From a virus (lineage: Duplodnaviria > Caudoviricetes), in the IMG/VR virus record IMGVR_UViG_3300016643_000202, positions 1 through 38,603 of that record: 38,603 nt of DNA; one strand, given 5' to 3'. The position numbers and the translations under genes were made by a program. Position 1 is the first letter of the stretch. Every line of letters starts with the position of its first letter. The notes under the pieces were generated by a model. It made no database searches and was not told where the DNA came from. It was given only the letters and a program-made list of their open reading frames with translations. Below, piece after piece: positions 9,655 through 18,325 of the stretch.

Positions 9655-12600
9655 TTATAGTCTGCCGACAGCGATCTCTATGATGCCGTCTGTACCTTCA
9701 AAATTTTCTAATGCTTTACCTATGATCGTTCCTAATTTAGGATCATGAGTAGGTCTAGCGTATCCATTACCACCTGAAACTAACATGTCGCCTTTACGGA
9801 TGTTTCCCCTAACCTTTACAGGGACACGACCCTGAAGCGCAATAGCTACTGCAATACCGGGACATTTTGCGTTCATGGCATAAGCAGGGTTTGTAGATAC
9901 CACCCCTGCAACTCTTCTTGTCTCATCCGAAGCTAGTGTTACTTCTTTGTCGCCCCCGAATTCTAAAACGGTTCCCGGTTCATACACTTCATCTGCTTCA
10001 TAGTACTCTGCTAAGTCAGCATATGTTGCTTGCATTCTTGAACCTGCACTGAGGGTGAAGTTGCCGGTCAATGTACCTACATTCGTATTAGAACCCATGC
10101 TAATCACAGAAGCATTTGCAAATGTGAGTCCAGTTAATGTTCCAACCGATGTGATGTTTGGTTGAGCATTAGTTGTAACTGTGCCTGCTGTAGTTGCGCT
10201 AGTAACAGAAATGCTATACGATCCGGTGAGCCTTCCACTCGGAACTGTACCAGTCGATAGGTTACTAGCATTTAAGTTCGTTAAACCTGCGCCGTTTCCC
10301 GCAAATATACCTGTGTTCGCAGTAATATTAGCAGCAGTGATATTTCCACTGACTCCTAGACTCGTCAGTGTTCCAGTACTTGTGATATTTGGCTGTGCTG
10401 CTGTTGTGACAGTACCGGCAGTAGTTGCTGCGCCAGTTAGCGCACCTACAAATGTTGTTGATGTAACACTTGATAGACCTGTAACTGTAGTCGTTGTGCC
10501 ACCTAAAGTAAGTACTGTACTACCAAGTGTTAAACTTGCATTTGCTAGTCTTGCTTGTGCTAGTGTACCGCTTGAAACATTACCTGCATTTAAGTTTGTT
10601 AGGCTCGCCCCGGAACCTGCAAAGACTGTAGCGGAGACGGTACCTGTAGTTTTGTTGAAGACGAAGCTGGGCTGCCCGCCTAATATTCCTCCATCATTGA
10701 ATTGAACATATGTGTCTAGTCCTGCAGGAGTGGCTGTTCCATTTCCATTGGCATATGTAAATCCGCCTCCCACAACTGCACAATATCCGGTTACCGCGGA
10801 TGTGAAAGTTAATGTTACTGCATTAGCATTGGTATAATTAACTACAGGATAATCGTATCTTCCAATGTATGAATTGCCTGTATTGTCAATGGGATCTACA
10901 CTTAAATATTGATTGTTTAGATTATGTATAACAGTCCAAGTATTACTTGCCACTGCTTGTGCGTGCAAATAATAACCACCGGTTGGATCTGTCCAACTTA
11001 GTGTTCCTGAACCATTAGTCTTAAGTATTTGGTTGGCATTTCCACCGGTAATAATTACATTACTTACTGGACCTAAGTTACTTGTTCCTGTAACCCTCAA
11101 TGTACCTATGTTACCGTTTCCAGTTGTGATCAGATTCCCACCAGTTACGCTACCTGTCACGGTAAGAGAGGTCAATGTACCAACACTTGTTATATTTGGT
11201 TGTGCTGCGGTTGTTAATGTACCAGCTAGAAAACTTGCACTTACAATATTTGCACCTTGTACATTTGATCCTGCACCACTCAATGTGATGTCAGCATTAG
11301 CTGCCATAGTGAGTCCCGTAAGTGATCCTAAACTAGTAACATTGGGTTGCGCAGCAGTAACTAAGCTACCCGTGACAGTAGTAAATACTCCAGCAGTTGC
11401 ACCTATATTTCCCACATTAGCATTTCCAGTTACACTCAATGCTCCTGCAGTCGTTAAATTCCCACCTGTGATATTACCTGTCGCAACTATTAATCCAGAA
11501 GTACCTAAGTTCCCTACATTGGCATTTCCAGTTACACTCAATGCTCCTGCAGTCGTTAAATTCCCACCTGTGATATTACCTGTCGCAACTATTAATCCAG
11601 TAGTACCTAAGTTCCCTACATTGGCATTTCCGGTGACACTTAGAACTCCAGCTGTAGATATATTACCACCTGATAAATTGCCTGTTGCTGTTAAAATTCC
11701 TGCAGTAGATATATTTCCGCCCGATATATTTCCCGTGACTGATGCTGACCCGGTAACTCCCAAATTACCTAGATTAGCATTGCTCGTTACATTTAATAAT
11801 GTAGTATTAAGATTACCAGTAGCAACATTAAATGATAAATTTGAGTTTGCGCCTAAAGCATAGTTTGCCGTAGAATTTCCATTTACAAATACTGGATAAA
11901 AAGTTCCTGTTGTTTGTGCTGTAACTACTTCAAAATCTGAAACATTGGAATACGAAACATTTAAGTTGGCAACACGGGTAGTGCTTGTCACTGTTAACGG
12001 AGCAGTACCTGTAGAAATATTAGAAATTAATCTACTAGCGGTCAATGTTCCATTAGAATTTAAATTACCTGCAGTTATATTGGCGGTTACTGTAACTAGT
12101 CCTGACAGATAGTTATATGTGAACCCCGGATCACCATCCAGTAAATTCGTATTATTGAATTGTACCTGTTGATTTGCTCCCCCTGCAGTGGCTGCCCCGC
12201 CACCGCCGCCCGCGATCACTGAAGTGGCTATAGCATTGTTTGGATTATCATATTCAAGATTAGTACCATTGGAGGGGGTAGTTCTTCCAACATCAGTATA
12301 TAATTCAACATTTCCTGTTGTAGGATAATCATTAGCCAGTGTTAAGTAAAATACTTGACCGTTAACATTGGCATTCGCATTACCTTCTACACCCGAAATT
12401 GTTACAGAAGTACCTGAGACATACGGCGTCGTATTTGCCACTGTCATTATGATAGGCGTACCATTTGATAATGCTTCGATAGGGGTATATAGTGTTCCTT
12501 TAGGTGTCCAGCTTAAATTACCTAATCCATCAGTTTCTAGTACATAGCCGATCGCGCCGCCCTCTATCTTTAGATTGGCAGCGTCTCCTAATTGTAGTTT

Positions 12601-12909
12601 ATCCCCATTTAACTGACTGGTGTTTCCTGTGTAATTTTCCCATGTGTCTGTGGAGGATACATAGGTTAAAATCTGTCCATTCTGAGCATTAGATATGTTG
12701 AAATTTCCGCCATCACTTCCATTTATCTGACTAAAACTTATGTTGGAATAAGATGTCAGTACCTCGATATTTTCGATGTCGCCGGATGTTTTACCTATAA
12801 AAAGTCGTTTAGCGTCTGACGCAAAACCAAATTGCGCTTCATCTAATTGAGGAAGATCAACTAGATTACCTGATCTTTGCTGAATTTTTGATATCTGTAC
12901 TATGGCCAT
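9655..12909 (-). CDS. Long tail fibre protein with C-terminal intramolecular-chaperone (peptidase G2-like) domain
   Basis: 1084 aa; N-terminal MAIVQISKIQQRSG..LPQL..FG..D.KRLFIG; GNxT and AAQPNITSxGTL repeats; C-terminal YADLAEYY..PGTVL..GVVST.PA..M..GRVPVKV.G...KGD..GKALE. Confidence 0.8.
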   Translation of the reverse strand: MAIVQISKIQQRSGNLVDLPQLDEAQFGFASDAKRLFIGKTSGDIENIEVLTSYSNISFSQINGSDGGNFNISNAQNGQILTYVSSTDTWENYTGNTSQLNGDKLQLGDAANLKIEGGAIGYVLETDGLGNLSWTPKGTLYTPIEALSNGTPIIMTVANTTPYVSGTSVTISGVEGNANANVNGQVFYLTLANDYPTTGNVELYTDVGRTTPSNGTNLEYDNPNNAIATSVIAGGGGGAATAGGANQQVQFNNTNLLDGDPGFTYNYLSGLVTVTANITAGNLNSNGTLTASRLISNISTGTAPLTVTSTTRVANLNVSYSNVSDFEVVTAQTTGTFYPVFVNGNSTANYALGANSNLSFNVATGNLNTTLLNVTSNANLGNLGVTGSASVTGNISGGNISTAGILTATGNLSGGNISTAGVLSVTGNANVGNLGTTGLIVATGNITGGNLTTAGALSVTGNANVGNLGTSGLIVATGNITGGNLTTAGALSVTGNANVGNIGATAGVFTTVTGSLVTAAQPNVTSLGSLTGLTMAANADITLSGAGSNVQGANIVSASFLAGTLTTAAQPNITSVGTLTSLTVTGSVTGGNLITTGNGNIGTLRVTGTSNLGPVSNVIITGGNANQILKTNGSGTLSWTDPTGGYYLHAQAVASNTWTVIHNLNNQYLSVDPIDNTGNSYIGRYDYPVVNYTNANAVTLTFTSAVTGYCAVVGGGFTYANGNGTATPAGLDTYVQFNDGGILGGQPSFVFNKTTGTVSATVFAGSGASLTNLNAGNVSSGTLAQARLANASLTLGSTVLTLGGTTTTVTGLSSVTSTTFVGALTGAATTAGTVTTAAQPNITSTGTLTSLGVSGNITAANITANTGIFAGNGAGLTNLNASNLSTGTVPSGRLTGSYSISVTSATTAGTVTTNAQPNITSVGTLTGLTFANASVISMGSNTNVGTLTGNFTLSAGSRMQATYADLAEYYEADEVYEPGTVLEFGGDKEVTLASDETRRVAGVVSTNPAYAMNAKCPGIAVAIALQGRVPVKVRGNIRKGDMLVSGGNGYARPTHDPKLGTIIGKALENFEGTDGIIEIAVGRL
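11420..11631. repeat. 102-bp tandem duplication within the tail fibre gene
   Basis: 11420-11529 matches 11522-11631 with one mismatch (11499 a / 11601 t); 34-codon unit. Confidence 0.9.
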
Positions 12910-12943
12910 AAGAGTAATATTTCATTTAGTACTCTTATTTATC
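12908..12943 (-). promoter_or_regulatory. Late promoter box (12936-12943) overlapping an inverted repeat that covers the fibre start codon
   Basis: GATAAATA; AUAAGAGUA (12938-12930) pairs with UACUCUUAU (12916-12908), which includes AU of the AUG. Confidence 0.65.
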
Positions 12944-12961
12944 ATAACACACGATATAAAT

Positions 12962-13645
12962 TTATAGGAATTTCATGTAATATTGCTCTACTCTTTTAAA
13001 CCATTTTTCTGTCCATTGATCAAAATCAGTACCTTCTACGATGAATTCTTGATATTGATTATCAGCAGAACACATAAAGATCACGCCTTTGCGTATATTA
13101 GTTCCATGGACTTCGTTATGTGCAGCAGCATACGCCGCTAGTTGGATGAAGTAATCTTCGATCCACTCGCGTTTTTTAGGTTTATTGGTTTGTTTGTGAT
13201 CCATGATCGACTCACTGCCGTCATGTATACCTACTAGATCGGTTGTACCTGCATATATCTTAGGATAATAAAGTGGAACCTCAGTGCCCCAGAACTCAGT
13301 ACACTTGCTCAATCCATTAGATATGATATTATGCGCCATTTGATGACTCTGTAGACTGTATGGATTGCTACCGGGATCACCAGTACTTCCATTCTTTATA
13401 TAATTCTCAAGCCATTTATGCATGCGGGTGCCCCTACCAGCAGCCTCAATGGTTATCTGTTGAGCCTTCTCGGGACCAACTCTCTTTCGCCATTCTTGTA
13501 ACGCTTTCTTTGCTTCTTCAGGTTTGGTGGCATCTAATATTGTAGTAACACTTGGGAGTTTTTCTCCGTCCGGAGTAGCATACCTTCTTTCTCCGTTAAT
13601 AGTTTCTTTATTTAAATTAGAATATGTGTATTTTTGTACTATCAT
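12962..13645 (-). CDS. PD-(D/E)XK exonuclease (Cas4/lambda-exonuclease-like phage family)
   Basis: LPSVTTIL, RGTRMH, E..L....YAGTTD, MDHKQ, YFIQLAAY motifs; ATG 13645 overlaps the upstream stop (TGATG). Confidence 0.85.
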   Translation of the reverse strand: MIVQKYTYSNLNKETINGERRYATPDGEKLPSVTTILDATKPEEAKKALQEWRKRVGPEKAQQITIEAAGRGTRMHKWLENYIKNGSTGDPGSNPYSLQSHQMAHNIISNGLSKCTEFWGTEVPLYYPKIYAGTTDLVGIHDGSESIMDHKQTNKPKKREWIEDYFIQLAAYAAAHNEVHGTNIRKGVIFMCSADNQYQEFIVEGTDFDQWTEKWFKRVEQYYMKFL

Positions 13646-14424
13646 CAATACCAATCTATATCTCTTCGATATCCGTATGTAGTTGGGGCCATATCTTCCC
13701 GCGTTATATGTTTATCACCCTTTTCAAAAACTAAATCAGGATATCTCGTTTTTATTTCATTTTCAAAAAAATCAGCTAGAAAAATTTGAGCCTCGGGACC
13801 ATCATGTGAGCATTTGGTTTTGGGAAAAGGTAAGACCAATTTACCTAAATTCTTAGGATTTATATAGTGTGACGATTCTATTTTTTCAAGCATATAATTG
13901 AACTTATTTTTAACGGAGTCTAATGATTTTTCCCAATCATGCTCGTTTGCAAAATCACTTATTATTGCGGGAGTATTATTTGCAGTAAACAAATTCAATA
14001 AAAAAAGTTTATGCAACCAGGTTTTGCGAATAAACTCTTCTGTATCATAGTGTTCTAGAAAAGCTGTTTGATATACATCTTTGATATTAGATACATCATC
14101 AGCAAGATATAGATTATCATAATCCTTGATAGTAAATTTAGTTGGTTCATGAGGACTATAATTATACCAGTGTTCTCTTCTCCAATATTGAGAAAAATTT
14201 ATTATAAAAAAAGGATTAGAGTTAGTATTTCTTTTATTGCAATAGAAATACTCATAAGTACGCCTAACTATACTATCGTTTCCGCATCCAGTCACTGCTA
14301 AATTTACTACAGGTACATTTAATTTTTTACCTAATAAACTAAGGAAACTTTGCTCTTTTATATTGTCGAGCCCTTGACCATAAGTCCAACTACACCCATT
14401 AGCTACTATATGCGTGATTTTCAT
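13645..14424 (-). CDS. SGNH/GDSL-like hydrolase or acyltransferase
   Basis: ANGCSWTYG (block I variant), NLAVTGCGN (block II), late His (SHDG). Confidence 0.6.
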   Translation of the reverse strand: MKITHIVANGCSWTYGQGLDNIKEQSFLSLLGKKLNVPVVNLAVTGCGNDSIVRRTYEYFYCNKRNTNSNPFFIINFSQYWRREHWYNYSPHEPTKFTIKDYDNLYLADDVSNIKDVYQTAFLEHYDTEEFIRKTWLHKLFLLNLFTANNTPAIISDFANEHDWEKSLDSVKNKFNYMLEKIESSHYINPKNLGKLVLPFPKTKCSHDGPEAQIFLADFFENEIKTRYPDLVFEKGDKHITREDMAPTTYGYRRDIDWY

Positions 14425-14427
14425 AAA

Positions 14428-14748
14428 TTATACTGTAAAACTTTCTCCACATCCACAACGATCTTTTTCATTTGGATTAATGAATTCAAATCCCTCGTTG
14501 AGCCCTTTTTTAATATAGTCCATTGTTAAACCTTCTATATAAGGTAATGATTTTTTATCAACAAATACAGAGCATGTATTAGATTTTATTTCAATATCGC
14601 TATTGGTAGGACTATCAACAAATTCTAAAACATAAGAAAGTCCCGAACAACCGGTGGTCCTCACACCAATTCGTATACCTTTCCCTTTACCTCGTTTTTG
14701 AATTTGTTCTGTAATTTTGTTCTCAGCAAGTTCGGTTAAAGTAATCAT
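14428..14748 (-). CDS. iscA: Iron-sulfur cluster assembly A-type carrier (IscA/HesB)
   Basis: GCSGLSY and C-terminal CGCGESF signature. Confidence 0.95.
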   Translation of the reverse strand: MITLTELAENKITEQIQKRGKGKGIRIGVRTTGCSGLSYVLEFVDSPTNSDIEIKSNTCSVFVDKKSLPYIEGLTMDYIKKGLNEGFEFINPNEKDRCGCGESFTV

Positions 14749-15826
14749 ATATATTATTTACTTTTTTAATCTCATTAGTTGATAACTCTTGCAATTTTTT
14801 ATAATTAAACTCTACGATTTCCTGAATTTCATCTATATGTTGATCTATTGAATCGAGAAAGTTTTTAGCTACTATTACACGATGTTCTATATTTTCACTG
14901 GGATCCTGATCATAAGATTCATCTATAATAGAATTAAATGTTTGAAATCCCATAGACCTTAAATATTCCAAGGCTTGCGGAGAAGACTGCATGACAAATG
15001 GTTGCCTATTCATGATTGTTCGATATGTTTTTTCTGTTATAAAATTTTTATATAAGAATCCGTAATCGCTAGTCTCATTAATATAGCCCAAAGATGAGTT
15101 ATCATAAACACTTTTAATTGTATTTTTACTACCCGATATACTCACGCTCAATCCTGCTTCTAATGCTGATTCAACAACGGGAGTTCCATCGAACGGTTTA
15201 AGATATTTTTCGATGCTTGAGATAAAATTTTTATCTTCTATTATTTTCATACAATCATCGACAGTACCTAAAGCCCCTATCAATGATTTCTCAAGTAATC
15301 CCTGTTTATAAAAATAATAAAGAGTTTTAACTCTAGACGATCTTGACTTTAGTTTAGATAACCATACATTTATTTTTTTTGGTCTATCCTTAATGGGAGT
15401 AGTAGAAAAAAGAAGACTATTTTCTTTTAATACTTTTCCTGCATCTGCTAGCAATCCATCAAAATAAAAAAAATTAAAATTTTCTGGTAAATCATGAATA
15501 TTTTTATTAATGGCAAATATTATATTTTGCTTATTTATTCCCAAATTAACATAGATACTTGAAAGTATTTCAATTATTTTTATATCGGATTCAGATGGTT
15601 CACAAGTACGGTCTATAATTAGTATAGTGTTAAAACCCTTTTTATTTCTTTCTTTTACGATGAAATTTAATTTTTCAATATAAGATTGGGGGTAATTTAT
15701 ATAATAGTAATCTAGAATTACTATCGAATCCTGCACATTGCACATTTCTTCTACATCAAAAAATTTTATTGATTCAGATAAAAATGGACCTATGTCCGAG
15801 ATGCATTCTTGATAATAAAACATCAT
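14723..15826 (-). CDS. Glycosyltransferase-like protein, paralogue of 5406-6632
   Basis: INET..FITEKTYRTIMNRQPFV...L..LRSMGFQTF..IIDESYD motif. Confidence 0.55.
   Translation of the reverse strand: MMFYYQECISDIGPFLSESIKFFDVEEMCNVQDSIVILDYYYINYPQSYIEKLNFIVKERNKKGFNTILIIDRTCEPSESDIKIIEILSSIYVNLGINKQNIIFAINKNIHDLPENFNFFYFDGLLADAGKVLKENSLLFSTTPIKDRPKKINVWLSKLKSRSSRVKTLYYFYKQGLLEKSLIGALGTVDDCMKIIEDKNFISSIEKYLKPFDGTPVVESALEAGLSVSISGSKNTIKSVYDNSSLGYINETSDYGFLYKNFITEKTYRTIMNRQPFVMQSSPQALEYLRSMGFQTFNSIIDESYDQDPSENIEHRVIVAKNFLDSIDQHIDEIQEIVEFNYKKLQELSTNEIKKVNNIYDYFNRTC
14755..14762 (-). promoter_or_regulatory. Possible late promoter box (AGTAAATA) for iscA
   Basis: TAAATA 6 nt before ATG 14748; no SD present. 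Confidence 0.45.
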
Positions 15827-16143
15827 TAATTGTTTAATGCATTCTTTGCCATTGACTTTACTATTTCTTGACTTTTATTTGGATCACTGTCCACTTCTTC
15901 TTGACCCTTAAAAATTACTTTATCAGCCTGTATATTTGATATCAATTTATTCATAGGTGGATATTTGATCATGTTATATAAATCTTTTTTATCCACAACT
16001 ATATCATATTGTTGCAAGTATTGCAACAAGTTGTCAACGGTGAATTCGCCCGTTAATTCTCCGTCGTCAAGTTCAGTTTTAAGCTGATCTACCACTACAG
16101 TTATTTTGGGAATTAACGGACTTTGAAGTTCAAAGAGAAACAT
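15826..16143 (-). CDS. Hypothetical protein (possible head-associated protein)
   Basis: 105 aa ORF, translationally coupled on both sides; N-terminus MFLFEL. Confidence 0.6.
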   Translation of the reverse strand: MFLFELQSPLIPKITVVVDQLKTELDDGELTGEFTVDNLLQYLQQYDIVVDKKDLYNMIKYPPMNKLISNIQADKVIFKGQEEVDSDPNKSQEIVKSMAKNALNN

Positions 16144-16835
16144 TATCTCTTTGCCCTACCTGCGCCTCCGACTGGAATTTCTTCTGGCTCTTCATTAGAA
16201 AATCCTGTTACAGGTTCTTCAATTTCTTCGGCACCCACTGATACATCGGTTTCTACTTCTTCTGGTTGTGTCATAGAAGCATCGAAAGGTTGTTCCATTG
16301 TGTTACCTTGTCCTGTCACTATTCCCAATGCACCATTCAATGTTGTTCTTGTCTGCTGTAAACATTCGATCAATGTTTGGAGAGCGGCGGATACCTGGGT
16401 GTTAAATGCTTGGCTTTCGTTAACACCTATCTCAGACTCAATGCTTGCTGTCAATGCGGGCAATTCTTTGATCAGCATATCACTGGTTTCTTCAAGCATT
16501 TTCTGAACTGAATCTACCATGTCTTGAGATGCGAGAACTACCTGTGATTTTTCTACCTCTTCATTTTCTATCACTATTCTTGCTGTGTTTTTTTGAATAG
16601 AATTGATATGATCTTTTAAAGATTGTTCCATGAATACCATTTTCATGTATGCAGGACTGGTTTGCTTTTCATAAAAATCAACAGATTTTTTTGTCTCTGC
16701 GATCAATGACCTTACTTTTTTGAGCATGGTCTGCGCCACAGGTCTAGATAATTTCTGAGCATTGAAGGGGAGTTCGTAATTTTCTTTCAATGCAGTTTTT
16801 CCGTAAGATTTTTTGTCTAGGTCATTTAGTTTCAT
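16143..16835 (-). CDS. Hypothetical helical/acidic protein (prohead core/scaffold-like)
   Basis: Start moved from 16910 to ATG 16835 (MKLNDL) downstream of a late box; acidic tail ending GRAKR. Confidence 0.55.
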   Translation of the reverse strand: MKLNDLDKKSYGKTALKENYELPFNAQKLSRPVAQTMLKKVRSLIAETKKSVDFYEKQTSPAYMKMVFMEQSLKDHINSIQKNTARIVIENEEVEKSQVVLASQDMVDSVQKMLEETSDMLIKELPALTASIESEIGVNESQAFNTQVSAALQTLIECLQQTRTTLNGALGIVTGQGNTMEQPFDASMTQPEEVETDVSVGAEEIEEPVTGFSNEEPEEIPVGGAGRAKR

Positions 16836-16852
16836 AGTTGTTTTCCAAACAG

Positions 16853-17359
16853 TTATAAAGTATTTATCTTCTTTGAAGAGTTTTCTTGATGAAATTGTGC
16901 AGTTTGCCATGCATCCATGCTGTTTACAAGTTTGTTTAATTCGTATTTTATATTTTTCTTTTTTATTTTTTCCTGCAATTGTTTAGCAATGTAAATTAAT
17001 TTTTGTTCAGTGTCTTTAGTCCTCTTGATCAATTTTTCATATATCTGTAGACTGGTTTCGACCCTAAAAATATCTTTATCTAATTGTTCTATCCTATTAG
17101 ATTCAACAAATTTATTTCTTTTATCAGATATACACCAACTAACAGCATTTTTAAGAGTATAAAATGATTTAATAGTATGGGTACCCCTAACATATACATT
17201 GTAAATTTTCTCAGATTCTAGGTTTAAAATATAATATTTGCCATATAAATGAACCGTGCCTAGATGATCTTTAAAGATAAATTTATCTACTAAGGTATGC
17301 GCATAATTATCATCAAAAAATGCTTCTACCCTTTTTTCAAAATTCTTAAATGATTTCAA
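16853..17359 (-). CDS. Hypothetical basic protein with C-terminal coiled coil
   Basis: 168 aa ORF filling the operon gap; TTG start overlapping upstream gene. Confidence 0.6.
   Translation of the reverse strand: MKSFKNFEKRVEAFFDDNYAHTLVDKFIFKDHLGTVHLYGKYYILNLESEKIYNVYVRGTHTIKSFYTLKNAVSWCISDKRNKFVESNRIEQLDKDIFRVETSLQIYEKLIKRTKDTEQKLIYIAKQLQEKIKKKNIKYELNKLVNSMDAWQTAQFHQENSSKKINTL
16861..16868 (-). promoter_or_regulatory. Late promoter box (GATAAATA)
   Basis: Within the 3' end of the upstream gene, 25 nt before ATG 16835. Confidence 0.6.
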
Positions 17360-17792
17360 AATAAATGTTCCTTAACTCAATAGATGTGTCTAAAAATGCT
17401 GGAAGTTTTTCCCATGATACATGAGTTTTAATCATGGGTACACTATCGCAGCTATGATACAGTCCGCCTAGATCAGTGATTCCATCGTCAAATACGCTGT
17501 GGTGTTGCACACCAAAATCAAATATCCAACATGGAATTTCAATATCATCATCCGTTTCTAATAAAAATCCAAAATTTTGAAATTCTTGAAAGTTAATTTT
17601 AATTTGATCGGGTTTTAATATTATTTCGGGCTGTGACCTTAACGAAATAACTTGCAATATAGTATCAAAATTACATTGTGTATTTCTTTTGTATATCCAA
17701 TCATCCGAAGCATCAGCAGGCGCCTTAGATCGGTTTAGTATACCTGTATTTGTGATGTCAAATAGTGTATAACAGCGTATTATGTAACTCAT
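17346..17792 (-). CDS. Hypothetical protein
   Basis: 148 aa; TLFDITNTG..RNTQCNFDTILQVISLRSQP; late box upstream. Confidence 0.7.
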   Translation of the reverse strand: MSYIIRCYTLFDITNTGILNRSKAPADASDDWIYKRNTQCNFDTILQVISLRSQPEIILKPDQIKINFQEFQNFGFLLETDDDIEIPCWIFDFGVQHHSVFDDGITDLGGLYHSCDSVPMIKTHVSWEKLPAFLDTSIELRNIYFEII

Positions 17793-17798
17793 AGTTTT

Positions 17799-17806
17799 TA
17801 TTTAGA
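17799..17806 (-). promoter_or_regulatory. Late promoter box (TCTAAATA)
   Basis: Directly after the terminator, 6 nt before ATG 17792. Confidence 0.6.
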
Positions 17807-17809
17807 GGT

Positions 17810-17840
17810 AAAAAAACCCGGGCAATAATTCCCGGGTTTT
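17810..17840 (-). terminator. Rho-independent terminator
   Basis: AAAACCCGGG-AATTATTG-CCCGGG-T7 on minus strand after the 17858 stop. Confidence 0.9.
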
Positions 17841-17857
17841 CGTAACAAACTAAAAAA

Positions 17858-18247
17858 TTAGTTTGTGAATGTTGCTGTTGCTGCTGTTGTAACTGCATAA
17901 CCTAACGCTGCTGTTAATGCAGTGTCTAAGTTACCACCGTTTGTGAAATCCCATGCATCAACTGGGTATGTAGCCATTGCTAATGTATCTGTATTTGCAC
18001 CAACTTCAGTAAATTCAAAAATATAGATTGTAGCTAATTGTTGAACTGTGTTAATAGTTGTTAAAATATCAGCATTAGTTGGGGTAGCGATGCCTGTAAA
18101 AGTAATTGTACCAAATTGTAACTTTGGACCTTGAGGTTGAACTGTTAAACCAGAATCAACTTCATTTACTACACCTGTTGTGTATGCTGGTGAATCTAAG
18201 TTTAGAACTTGTTGAAAGTCACCGTGAACTCTTGTAAATTGTGCCAT
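17858..18247 (-). CDS. Small virion protein, probably abundant (capsid decoration-like)
   Basis: 129 aa rich in T/A; own late box, 5' hairpin, AAGGA SD and own terminator. Confidence 0.55.
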   Translation of the reverse strand: MAQFTRVHGDFQQVLNLDSPAYTTGVVNEVDSGLTVQPQGPKLQFGTITFTGIATPTNADILTTINTVQQLATIYIFEFTEVGANTDTLAMATYPVDAWDFTNGGNLDTALTAALGYAVTTAATATFTN

Positions 18248-18268
18248 TTTATTTTCCTTTATAAGTGT

Positions 18269-18294
18269 GAGCCGTAGCTCTACTTTTATTTATG
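18269..18294 (-). promoter_or_regulatory. Late promoter box (CATAAATA, 18287-18294) followed by a cUACGg tetraloop hairpin (18269-18280)
   Basis: GAGC-UACG-GCUC near the predicted 5' end of the transcript. Confidence 0.65.
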
Positions 18295-18325
18295 CCTATA
18301 AGAAAAAAATGTTGGTTTTGGGTAA

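Noticed and set aside
11420-11631. Near-identical repeat in a fibre gene as a DGR template/variable repeat pair or CRISPR-like array
   Set aside because: Copies are tandem, in-frame and mid-gene with a single mismatch; no reverse transcriptase, adenine-specific variation or spacers in the window
10181-11863. Long plus-strand ORFs (174 and 276 aa) antisense to the tail fibre; similar ones at 996-1373, 3875-4183, 4943-5299, 9325-9630, 20396-20785 and 32867-33238
   Set aside because: Shadow frames produced by codon bias of the real gene on the opposite strand; no RBS, promoter or protein-like features
12962-13645. Cas4-like nuclease as evidence of a CRISPR-Cas locus
   Set aside because: No array or other cas genes; lacks the Cas4 four-cysteine cluster; solo PD-(D/E)XK exonucleases are common in phages
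16836-16910. Longer upstream starts given by the ORF track (16910; also 5376, 21040, 27958, 34280, 34998)
   Set aside because: They overlap promoter boxes or upstream genes; downstream ATGs fit promoter, SD or coupling evidence better
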